A stretch of 64,000 nucleotides of DNA from the sequence record OR896832.1; one strand, given 5' to 3'. A program made the translations under genes and the position numbers. The notes below the pieces were generated by a model. The model ran no database searches. It was not told the origin of the DNA and saw nothing but the letters and a program-made list of their open reading frames with translations. This DNA is from Escherichia phage GoldenSnicker. Below, piece after piece: positions 8,716 to 16,496 of this stretch (positions within the stretch are counted from its first letter, which is position 1; each line of letters begins with the position of its first letter).

Positions 8716-8988
8716 TCACCAGTCAAGAGCGCGTGTCTCTGCGTCTTCCCATGCTTGATCCATAACAGCCTTGAAAACATATTCTAGAGTATCATCTTTA
8801 GAGAATCCGAAGACTTTAGACGGAATATCTTCGATTGCTACTCCCGCAACTTCTGCATTACGCGCTTGGCAATAATGCAACTCTAAGTTATCGAGATAGC
8901 GACCGCCTAATTTCTCCATATCATCCCAACATTTCCAGTAACCTACTTTATCTGCAATTGCCAACACTTTGCTGTTTTCGTTGTTCAT
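8716..8988 (-). CDS. hypothetical protein (90 aa)
   Basis: Start at internal ATG preceded by AAGGAGAATCAAAG; downstream of promoter 9020..9048. Confidence 0.55.
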   Translation of the reverse strand: MNNENSKVLAIADKVGYWKCWDDMEKLGGRYLDNLELHYCQARNAEVAGVAIEDIPSKVFGFSKDDTLEYVFKAVMDQAWEDAETRALDW

Positions 8989-9019
8989 CTTTGATTCTCC
9001 TTTTGTTTGGTATGGGTGT

Positions 9020-9048
9020 ATTATGCAATGCTGGATTATGGAAGTCAA
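9020..9048 (-). promoter_or_regulatory. sigma70-type early promoter (TTGACT-17-CATAAT)
   Basis: Minus-strand TTGACTTCCATAATCCAGCATTGCATAAT immediately after terminator 9060..9089. Confidence 0.55.
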
Positions 9049-9059
9049 ACAACTTTTCA

Positions 9060-9089
9060 AATAAAAAAAGCCGACCACAAGGATCGGCT
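9060..9089 (-). terminator. rho-independent terminator
   Basis: Minus-strand AAGCCGATCCTTGTGGTCGGCTTTTTTTATTT after stop of 9100..9495. Confidence 0.75.
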
Positions 9090-9099
9090 TAATAGTCAG

Positions 9100-9495
9100 T
9101 TACTTACTAAATTTCTTTTTGGCTTCGTCTACTGCATGAGATGCCAGCACCGCTGCCGCATGTGCACTTTTATCTGTGTTGCATAGAACACCCAGATAAA
9201 CATCACGCCAAAGTTTAATCATCTCGTAGATCATATCAATATCATTTTCTTGTTTGTTGGCGATGCTATTCGTCGTTATCTGGTAAGGCAACGGCTTGAT
9301 CTGTACTGGTTCCGCCATCGGGCTAATCGGTTTCGGATCAGTCATAATAGGTGCTGTTGTTGGTGGTGTTTTCCATACATCATTATTCCACGGTTTAATC
9401 GTTGTATCGTAAAGTTTATAAGGATTTTTGTCTGGATTAACCATCCAGGCATGATGAGTACCCAAACCATTTGAAGTAATGCGTCGTTCAGTCAT
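9100..9495 (-). CDS. hypothetical protein (131 aa)
   Basis: Track ORF; followed by terminator. Confidence 0.55.
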   Translation of the reverse strand: MTERRITSNGLGTHHAWMVNPDKNPYKLYDTTIKPWNNDVWKTPPTTAPIMTDPKPISPMAEPVQIKPLPYQITTNSIANKQENDIDMIYEMIKLWRDVYLGVLCNTDKSAHAAAVLASHAVDEAKKKFSK

Positions 9496-9697
9496 ACTTT
9501 CCCTCCAAAAATTCTTTCATCAAATAGTCTATCGTTGCTCTGTGTTCTGGTGTGTTTGTTATCTCTGCTAACTTGTTCAGAGATTCAATAGTGATCCGGT
9601 TGGCTTCTTCCATAGTCTCAAAGACCATCGGTACAATCTTTTTATTGTTGTACACGAAAGCCACATAACCGCCTTCTGGATATTCTTTCATAATCAA
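9488..9697 (-). CDS. hypothetical protein (69 aa)
   Basis: Track ORF; overlaps stop of gene 52 (translational coupling). Confidence 0.5.
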   Translation of the reverse strand: MIMKEYPEGGYVAFVYNNKKIVPMVFETMEEANRITIESLNKLAEITNTPEHRATIDYLMKEFLEGKYD

Positions 9698-11055
9698 CCC
9701 TTCTTAAGTTCTTTAAGATCTTTCTTATATTCCTTCATTGCGGTCGTCTTTGTCCAATACTCATATTCACTATGATGTTTATCGGCATCTTTGACCAGTC
9801 GATCATACTCTTCTTGAGTAACGCTATACAATGGCATAGAAACTAGCTTATCGGCGTATGGACGCAGTTTTTCATGTCCATTGATGGATTGCATTACCTC
9901 GGCCTTTTTCTTTCCCTGTAGCTCGATTTCTCCCTTAATTACGCGATCGATAAATTCGGCTTTAGCCATTGCATAATTGTATGCTTCCAGCGTTTCCGCT
10001 TGCATCAATTCAATGCGTTTATCGACATACCCTAAGCGAATTTCGACGAATCGACGGATCAGATCGCTCGCTTTCTCGAATACTTCAACTAAACCACGTT
10101 CATTAACCACTACGATATTCTGGGCTACTAACTGCGTTAGTTTAAAATCCTTCATGATTTGCTCATGTCGAGCGGATTCATCTTCACTTTTGAAATAATC
10201 GCGTTTCAGTGTTACTTCAAATCTGAATCCATCCTTAGAGCAACGGTCATTATATGAGACAATCAGATCTTTTTCTTCCAGTGCATCCAGTACCGCTACA
10301 TATTCTTCACGGTCGAACTTATAAGGAACTTCTGATATTGTCAGTTTAGTCTTGCCGTTTAGTTCATATGTACCCTCAAGAATCACACCATCGCGATCAT
10401 CTCGCGGGATAACTTTACCCGTGAATTTCGGGAATTGAACACTAGGTTCTTTATCCAGTTTTCCGGCAAGTGCTAGCTCTGTGCATTCAATAAGGCTTTC
10501 CAGTGAATGCGGTAAAATGTCAGTTTTATACCCTGTAGCAATACCACTAATACCATTAGCCAATACCATTGGCACAACTGGCAAGTAGAACGCTGGCGGG
10601 ATGTGTTCCAGATCTTCGTGCTTGGGTGCGCAATTCATATCTTTATAGATTTTAAAGAAGTTTTCATGCACGCGAGCAAAGATATAACGTGCCGCACCTG
10701 CTTTCTGGACTAAACGCGATCCGAAGTTACCTTGACCGTCAAGCAGTGGAGTATTATTGCTCCATGTATTCGCCATGAGTGATCCGGCTTCTACGGCATT
10801 AGTTTCCCCGTGGTGATAACCCAACTCAGCAACACCAGATCCAATATCTGCCATCTTACGGAATTTCTTACGGTCGCCTTTACTCTTTTGTAAAGCACAT
10901 TCCATAACAAAGCGTTGCACTGGTTTAAGCCCATCCACTAATTGAGGAATCCCGCGTTCCTCGGCAGAATAGATCGCATATTCCTTAGCTTCATTATGTA
11001 CAATGCTTTCAAGGCTGCGGTAAGTAACTGATTTATTCATCTTCACCTCATACAC
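9694..11055 (-). CDS. 52: DNA topoisomerase II medium subunit gp52 (GyrA-like)
   Basis: 453 aa; N-terminal ..RGIPQLVDGLKPVQRFVM.. topoisomerase IIA motif; size and position as T4 gp52. Confidence 0.88.
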   Translation of the reverse strand: MYEVKMNKSVTYRSLESIVHNEAKEYAIYSAEERGIPQLVDGLKPVQRFVMECALQKSKGDRKKFRKMADIGSGVAELGYHHGETNAVEAGSLMANTWSNNTPLLDGQGNFGSRLVQKAGAARYIFARVHENFFKIYKDMNCAPKHEDLEHIPPAFYLPVVPMVLANGISGIATGYKTDILPHSLESLIECTELALAGKLDKEPSVQFPKFTGKVIPRDDRDGVILEGTYELNGKTKLTISEVPYKFDREEYVAVLDALEEKDLIVSYNDRCSKDGFRFEVTLKRDYFKSEDESARHEQIMKDFKLTQLVAQNIVVVNERGLVEVFEKASDLIRRFVEIRLGYVDKRIELMQAETLEAYNYAMAKAEFIDRVIKGEIELQGKKKAEVMQSINGHEKLRPYADKLVSMPLYSVTQEEYDRLVKDADKHHSEYEYWTKTTAMKEYKKDLKELKKG

Positions 11056-11410
11056 GCTTACAAATCACATTCTTTACTTTATCAGATTTATCAGCCCAAT
11101 CCAATAGCCATTTTAACGGAAGGATTGACACAATAAACGGGGCAGCAATCAAAGCAAACATGATACACCTGATAATCAGGAAAACGCAAGTGACAAAACT
11201 AGCGATAGTGATCCCGACAAAACAAAATACCATAGAAAACAGAGTAATGATATAGAAAGGCCAGAATACCCACTCCCGCATCTTAACGCCTTTGTATTCT
11301 CTGAATTGCTTAAAATCTACAAACAACTCTCGGATAGACGCGTACAGGACCGAAAAATCATCTTTCATTGCTCTGAATGAGCAATCTTCTATTTTAGAAT
11401 GACCTAGCAT
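11048..11410 (-). CDS. hypothetical membrane protein (120 aa)
   Basis: Track ORF; two long hydrophobic segments. Confidence 0.5.
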   Translation of the reverse strand: MLGHSKIEDCSFRAMKDDFSVLYASIRELFVDFKQFREYKGVKMREWVFWPFYIITLFSMVFCFVGITIASFVTCVFLIIRCIMFALIAAPFIVSILPLKWLLDWADKSDKVKNVICKRV

Positions 11411-11412
11411 TA

Positions 11413-11706
11413 TTAACCGCCTTTCATCATTGATACTGGAATTGTTTTCTGATTTGTGTATAACTGGCCTACTTCAATTTTTTCTTGAATCAACACGACG
11501 TTACAATATCCACTGTCTTTAAGTTTTCTGATAATGACTCGCTTTTGTTCGTCGGTGATAGGATTGACTGTTCTCACCAATTCACCGCAAATAATAGCAC
11601 CATCTTTACAATTGCCAGTAACTTTCATGCTACGACCGTGAACAACAACCACATCACCGTAAATCACATTTTCGTCGTCGTATTTGGTAATAACCGTGAC
11701 CGTCAT
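11413..11706 (-). CDS. hypothetical protein (97 aa)
   Basis: Track ORF; RBS GAGGGAATACATT. Confidence 0.5.
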   Translation of the reverse strand: MTVTVITKYDDENVIYGDVVVVHGRSMKVTGNCKDGAIICGELVRTVNPITDEQKRVIIRKLKDSGYCNVVLIQEKIEVGQLYTNQKTIPVSMMKGG

Positions 11707-11726
11707 AATGTATTCCCTCTAAGAAA

Positions 11727-11744
11727 GGCCGCGCAAAGCGGCCT
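11727..11744 (-). terminator. stem-loop (possible weak terminator/attenuator)
   Basis: AGGCCGC-gcaaa-GCGGCCT between 11752..12078 and 11413..11706; weak T-run. Confidence 0.4.
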
Positions 11745-11751
11745 ATGTTTA

Positions 11752-12078
11752 TTATTGTTCTACAGTATAACTGTTGTTTTCAAGCCATGCAATAACAATC
11801 TTTTCGCCAATTTCATCGAGCATTTCATCAGAGCCATATTCTTTGATGAAAATCGATGGATCGTTATTGCTTACTACGTGCTGGATCACAACATGTTCAG
11901 GAATTGCGTCTAGCAGTTCGCTATGATCATACTCATTAACGATATCTTCAACACTAACATTATTAACCAAATCAACATCATCCATAGTCACAGTAACGCG
12001 ACCGGACGGACGCAATGAATATTGGCTACTTTCAACTTCAACATGTGCACTTTCGCAAGTAACTTTCATATCAACCAT
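11752..12078 (-). CDS. hypothetical acidic protein (108 aa)
   Basis: Track ORF in co-directional array. Confidence 0.5.
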   Translation of the reverse strand: MVDMKVTCESAHVEVESSQYSLRPSGRVTVTMDDVDLVNNVSVEDIVNEYDHSELLDAIPEHVVIQHVVSNNDPSIFIKEYGSDEMLDEIGEKIVIAWLENNSYTVEQ

Positions 12079-12092
12079 AATTAATTCCTCTG

Positions 12093-13094
12093 TTAGTAAT
12101 GGCTAAAACCTTCGGTTACATCTTCAACCACATAGTAACGATGACAGCGCATTTTGGCATTCGCATAATCTTTCGGGATACTTACAACGTGACGCGGATC
12201 AACTTTACATTTAATGATTCGGCCTCGTCCACCGCCATAGTGCGGAATATAGTGTTTCGCTGCAACGTGGAGGCCATTAGAGCAAGTGCGATCATCATCT
12301 GGGTCCACGTCTTTACGCTTCATTTTAACCGTGCGCCCTGGGCTATTATCAAACGTATGCGTAAAGAAATCTTTATAATCAACATCAACACGTTTCCATG
12401 CATAGAAGCAACCATCTTCCCCGATCTCAATGTCGTTGTGCTCTAAGAAGTCAAATAGACGATCTACGGCCTTACGGCTAGGGTTTTTCTTGCACTTCTC
12501 AAAGAAGTTCAGATAGTGCGTATATGGCTTATTCTCTTTAATCGACTCCACAACTCGACGAGTCAGATTATTATCAAGAACAATATTATGATAATACACA
12601 ATACCATTTTCGATACGGAAAGCGCCGTGATAATATACTTCAACCGCTTTCTTAATGTCAATCAGCGTAATTGCTTTAATAAAATCATTCTGCTTAACTG
12701 CTTCCAGTGCTTCATTAAAGTTAACATGTGATGGATCAGCAGTATAAACAATGTCACCACATGTAATAGTAATAAACTTAGTTGAGGCTATGGCTACGAT
12801 TTTTGAGGAAGTAGTCACGGGCTTTTTTGCGCGTTCACCGCCTTTTCCTTTACTGGTTTTACGGCGTGCTTTACGTTTTTCTAGTGCCTTGCGGCCTTCC
12901 GCTACTGCGTCTTTCTGAATCAGTAATACACGGGAAGCAGTGCGACGAGATACACCAAATGCTGCCGCAAGTGCTTCGCGGGTAGTAAACTTACCTTCAC
13001 CCCACTGTTTAGCCAGTTTGATTTGTTTCGCAGAATCCAGGCATTGAACGTTACGGTCAGAGACGGTGATTTTTGCTTTAGTCATAGTATTCAT
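12093..13094 (-). CDS. rIIB: rIIB lysis-inhibition/RexAB-exclusion protein
   Basis: 333 aa; C-terminal SRLFDFLEHNDIEIGEDGCFYAWK..FDNSPGRTVKM..DDDRTCSNGLHV..DPRHVVSIP.DYANAKMRC..YVVEDVTE closely matches T4 rIIB; N-terminal HTH. Confidence 0.88.
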   Translation of the reverse strand: MNTMTKAKITVSDRNVQCLDSAKQIKLAKQWGEGKFTTREALAAAFGVSRRTASRVLLIQKDAVAEGRKALEKRKARRKTSKGKGGERAKKPVTTSSKIVAIASTKFITITCGDIVYTADPSHVNFNEALEAVKQNDFIKAITLIDIKKAVEVYYHGAFRIENGIVYYHNIVLDNNLTRRVVESIKENKPYTHYLNFFEKCKKNPSRKAVDRLFDFLEHNDIEIGEDGCFYAWKRVDVDYKDFFTHTFDNSPGRTVKMKRKDVDPDDDRTCSNGLHVAAKHYIPHYGGGRGRIIKCKVDPRHVVSIPKDYANAKMRCHRYYVVEDVTEGFSHY

Positions 13095-13147
13095 TCCTCT
13101 ATTAGTTGGGCGACTCTCGCCGCCCGATTCACATCATTATACCAGAA

Positions 13148-13279
13148 TTATTTTGCTTCTACAACCTTGCGGATTGTGCGGTCTGATACATTATAGATTC
13201 GTGCCAGTTCGCCTTTAGTCAAGCCGCGAGCGTATTGTTTACGGATGGTTTCTTTCTGGATATCGGTCAGTTTAGTCAT
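13148..13279 (-). CDS. small HTH protein (43 aa), not in ORF track
   Basis: Translated by hand: MTKLTDIQKETIRKQYARGLTKGELARIYNVSDRTIRKVVEAK; strong RBS GAGGTGATATT; between rIIA stop and rIIB start. Confidence 0.5.
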   Translation of the reverse strand: MTKLTDIQKETIRKQYARGLTKGELARIYNVSDRTIRKVVEAK

Positions 13280-13290
13280 AATATCACCTC

Positions 13291-15399
13291 TTAAAATTTA
13301 ACATTCTTAACCAGTTTCATAAAGTCTTGTGCGCGTTTGTCATTATGCAGAATACGATACCAGTTATCTACAATATCATACAGTAACGGGCTATTCTCTT
13401 TAAACTTCGCACAAACTGCTTTAATTCGTTCGTTTGCTGCCGTGAATTTTTCATCACAGATCTTTTTAGTTTCTTCGTCCATAATCCAACGAGTACGAAG
13501 GAGTAACTTGGAAACCTCTTTATTATAATGACGACCGTACAGTCTGTCAATAAATTCTGGAACACAGCGTTCTAGTTCATCGTCATGAAACAACATAGTG
13601 ATCACACCAAGATATTCGCCATACCCCAGATGATTGGTCTTAACCTTCTTAGCCAGACCAGCCAGCTTACCGCGAACAAATTCTAGCGCACATTCCAATT
13701 GTTCGTCAACGAGATATTTTTGTGTCTCGTTACGAGTAATAATATACTTTGTTACCCCGAAGTAGTCAAGCGCCGTGTGTAATGTATTTTCACTATGGAT
13801 CGATTTACGACTACGGCTTTCGAATGCATCACCTACGCGGAACATGTGCAAGCCTGATAACTCGCGAATCTCTGCCGCTTTCATGTGATGGCTGGTTTTA
13901 TGCCAACTGTCACCAATCTTTTCCATGATATACACGTTAGGCAGCTTAGGAGTCGCTTCACGTTGTGTACGCTCGGTCTTCTCCGGTTTAACTGCTTTAG
14001 CACGCAGATCATCGGCCTCAGACACTTTAATCACGGTCATTTCAGAATCATCATAATACTGTTTGATGTACTCGAAAGTCTCCATATGTTTTTCGTTGCG
14101 CTGACGGAACACAAGTACCTTTTTATTGATGCCGTATTCCTGGACCATGCCGTTAAGAGTCAGTGCACGCAGTTTCGGTTTATCGGTATCATCAATAAGA
14201 CACGTAATATCTTCTTTATGCATCCATACAAAATGCGTAATGTTGTATTGACTGCTAACGAAAGCAGGGCGCAATTTACTTATTGTGTGACGAGTACGAT
14301 ACAGAGTATACACCTGACCTTCTACGTCATTAGGCGAATCTTTACCCGCATTCACAAACTTATTATAGATTGCTACCGGATCATCCCACTTCCCGATCTT
14401 ACCCATCTTGCTAATAATATTGCGTTGAGTCGATGAATACTCGCTCATAAATTGCGCAAGTTTACGCTCTGTTTTAATGTTGGCGATCTTCTCTTTAACC
14501 TTTTCCAACATCATTTCATTGATTTCTGCAATGCGTTTTTCGATGTTCGCTTTAGTCTCAATTGACAAGTGAACTTCTTCACGCGATGGCATCAGGTCCA
14601 GATCACCCAACTCAAAATTAATGTAAATGGTCTGGTGCTGGCGGTTTACAGCTTCTAACCATGTTCCGCGAACATATTCATACGGGATCGGATACTGGAT
14701 CTTACCCATGATTGCATATACTACATAGGAATCGTTATCACGCCCATTACAAACATAATAATTATCAAAGCTAGGGAAATAATTAATTTCGATTGCATTG
14801 ATATTAGGTTTGTGTTCCCCAAAATGACGCAGTACAAATTGCGCTTCTCGATGCCATGTCTGAATATCTTTTTCTTTCACTGGAATAGTGATTTTCAGAC
14901 CATTGTCTTCATCAGTCGGTTCGTCGAAAATCTGCACCATTTTCGGCATCGAGTTTTGCACAAATGCCGTAAAGCCATAAGCGCGACCATTGTAATAGTT
15001 TACGATTGTAAAGGTGTCGGTATAGCTATAAGCAGACTTCGCACCCAAACCAAAAGACCCGATATAGTCATTAGTCTGGTCTTTTGTTGATTCAAAGTAA
15101 ACCGTAAACAGTTGTTCTAATTCTTTCTTAGACGGAATACCAGTACCATAATCACGCACAGAAAAATACGGTTCGATTGCAGTCGGTAAATGAATATCAA
15201 ACGGACGATCTAAGGTTCCGGCTTCTTTGTGAGTGTCGGTAGCATTGCACGAATACTCACGGACGCAAGCACGCTCACAATATTGATAAGTGTTCTTAGA
15301 AAGCACCATAAAAGCCTTGCTACTTGCTTTCAGTGAAAAATCAACCGCACCGCTCAAGTCACTGCCAAATACTTCTTCATTATCAATATGCATTTTCAT
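13291..15399 (-). CDS. rIIA: rIIA protein (GHKL/HATPase-like ATPase domain)
   Basis: 702 aa; N-terminal ATPase-like motifs (..DYGTGIP.., ..GSFGLGAKSAY..); size and position upstream of rIIB as in T4. Confidence 0.85.
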   Translation of the reverse strand: MKMHIDNEEVFGSDLSGAVDFSLKASSKAFMVLSKNTYQYCERACVREYSCNATDTHKEAGTLDRPFDIHLPTAIEPYFSVRDYGTGIPSKKELEQLFTVYFESTKDQTNDYIGSFGLGAKSAYSYTDTFTIVNYYNGRAYGFTAFVQNSMPKMVQIFDEPTDEDNGLKITIPVKEKDIQTWHREAQFVLRHFGEHKPNINAIEINYFPSFDNYYVCNGRDNDSYVVYAIMGKIQYPIPYEYVRGTWLEAVNRQHQTIYINFELGDLDLMPSREEVHLSIETKANIEKRIAEINEMMLEKVKEKIANIKTERKLAQFMSEYSSTQRNIISKMGKIGKWDDPVAIYNKFVNAGKDSPNDVEGQVYTLYRTRHTISKLRPAFVSSQYNITHFVWMHKEDITCLIDDTDKPKLRALTLNGMVQEYGINKKVLVFRQRNEKHMETFEYIKQYYDDSEMTVIKVSEADDLRAKAVKPEKTERTQREATPKLPNVYIMEKIGDSWHKTSHHMKAAEIRELSGLHMFRVGDAFESRSRKSIHSENTLHTALDYFGVTKYIITRNETQKYLVDEQLECALEFVRGKLAGLAKKVKTNHLGYGEYLGVITMLFHDDELERCVPEFIDRLYGRHYNKEVSKLLLRTRWIMDEETKKICDEKFTAANERIKAVCAKFKENSPLLYDIVDNWYRILHNDKRAQDFMKLVKNVKF

Positions 15400-15413
15400 A
15401 ATATAATCCTCAC

Positions 15414-15671
15414 TTAATTAAAATCTTCTTTGTCCATCTCTGCGTAGATTACATCCCACGCCCATAAATCAATAAACGCATTATATGTCACGGTGCAATC
15501 GTTGTCAATCACTTCTTTCGCATATTTCTTGATGTTTTCGTAGGAAACTTGCGGGTCAATTTTGTGTTTACGAAGGTGCGCATATTCATATCTCAGACAT
15601 TTCATAAATAGGTCCATCGATTTCTTTTCTCGATGACACTTGGCGATCATAAAATCAAAACTTCGACTCAT
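15414..15671 (-). CDS. hypothetical protein (85 aa)
   Basis: Track ORF; RBS GGAG. Confidence 0.5.
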   Translation of the reverse strand: MSRSFDFMIAKCHREKKSMDLFMKCLRYEYAHLRKHKIDPQVSYENIKKYAKEVIDNDCTVTYNAFIDLWAWDVIYAEMDKEDFN

Positions 15672-15682
15672 TTTTCTACTCC

Positions 15683-15877
15683 TTATACATTTTCAATTAC
15701 CCATTGCAGATGGGCTTCTGCGTCAACCAGTTCAGCGCGGCTTTTCTCTAAGCACTTGCTGTATTCTTTACGTTCCCACTCGGCAATTTCGTTTTTCAGG
15801 ACTTCTTCATAGTAAGCAATTACGCCTTTCAGGTCTGAAACTTTACGGCTTGCCAATTCGATGTAATGGTTACGCAT
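15683..15877 (-). CDS. hypothetical protein (64 aa)
   Basis: Track ORF. Confidence 0.5.
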   Translation of the reverse strand: MRNHYIELASRKVSDLKGVIAYYEEVLKNEIAEWERKEYSKCLEKSRAELVDAEAHLQWVIENV

Positions 15878-16064
15878 TTTGATTCTCCTTTGTTACTAGA
15901 TAACGAATTTGGTCTTGCATTGCGATCAGTTCCCAGCGTGCTACTTTCATCATGGAAACTGACTCTTTGAACATAATATTAGCTTTTTCCTTATCCCCTG
16001 TCAAGTAGATTTCTGCAATTTTTTCACAAAATTTTTGAGTTTCTTCATTCTTAAACGGTTTCAT
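15870..16064 (-). CDS. hypothetical protein (64 aa)
   Basis: Track ORF trimmed to first ATG (track start is TTG); downstream of promoter 16095..16123. Confidence 0.5.
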   Translation of the reverse strand: MKPFKNEETQKFCEKIAEIYLTGDKEKANIMFKESVSMMKVARWELIAMQDQIRYLVTKENQNA

Positions 16065-16094
16065 ATAAGTCAACCTTTTGTTTTCTATGGGGAT

Positions 16095-16123
16095 ATTATG
16101 ATATATCCCCGATCCAGTGTCAA
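16095..16123 (-). promoter_or_regulatory. sigma70-type early promoter (TTGACA-17-CATAAT) with palindrome GGGGATAT-N6-ATATCCCC
   Basis: Minus-strand TTGACACTGGATCGGGGATATATCATAATATCCCC. Confidence 0.55.
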
Positions 16124-16131
16124 CGGATTTT

Positions 16132-16431
16132 TTAATCTTTTTTCAGTGCATCCATTACTCGCTCTGCGATCAGTTCTCTTAAGCACTGATAACCATGATA
16201 TTTGATGGCAATGTCACGCAGATCATTAACCAGTTCCCGTACTTCATGGTCTTTCAGATCGTCTCTGTATTTCGATTTAATCGTATCTTTAGGTGGATTG
16301 CGGATAACCTGAAAACCTTGTTCTGCAATCACTGCGGCTTCGCGCTGGCGTTCATGTTGTACTGTATTTTTGATCAGGTCTGCTTCCATGAACTTTGCCA
16401 TACTCATCATCATGTTATTCTTTTTGCTCAT
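16132..16431 (-). CDS. hypothetical protein (99 aa)
   Basis: Start moved to ATG preceded by GAGGATTTAATA; downstream of promoter 16466..16493. Confidence 0.5.
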   Translation of the reverse strand: MSKKNNMMMSMAKFMEADLIKNTVQHERQREAAVIAEQGFQVIRNPPKDTIKSKYRDDLKDHEVRELVNDLRDIAIKYHGYQCLRELIAERVMDALKKD

Positions 16432-16465
16432 TATTAAATCCTCATAAAAGAAAAGGGAGACTCCC

Positions 16466-16493
16466 ATTATAGAGAATCTCCCTTGTATGTCAA
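16466..16493 (-). promoter_or_regulatory. sigma70-type early promoter (TTGACA-16-TATAAT) followed by GGGAGTCTCCC palindrome
   Basis: Minus-strand TTGACATACAAGGGAGATTCTCTATAATGGGAGTCTCCC just after gene 39 stop. Confidence 0.6.
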
Positions 16494-16496
16494 GTG

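Noticed and set aside
8207-8758. Plus-strand 183-aa ORF (similar cases at 12099..12446, 13885..14436, 40136..40648)
   Set aside because: Spans several minus-strand genes and their promoters, has no RBS, and is opposite to the uniform transcription direction
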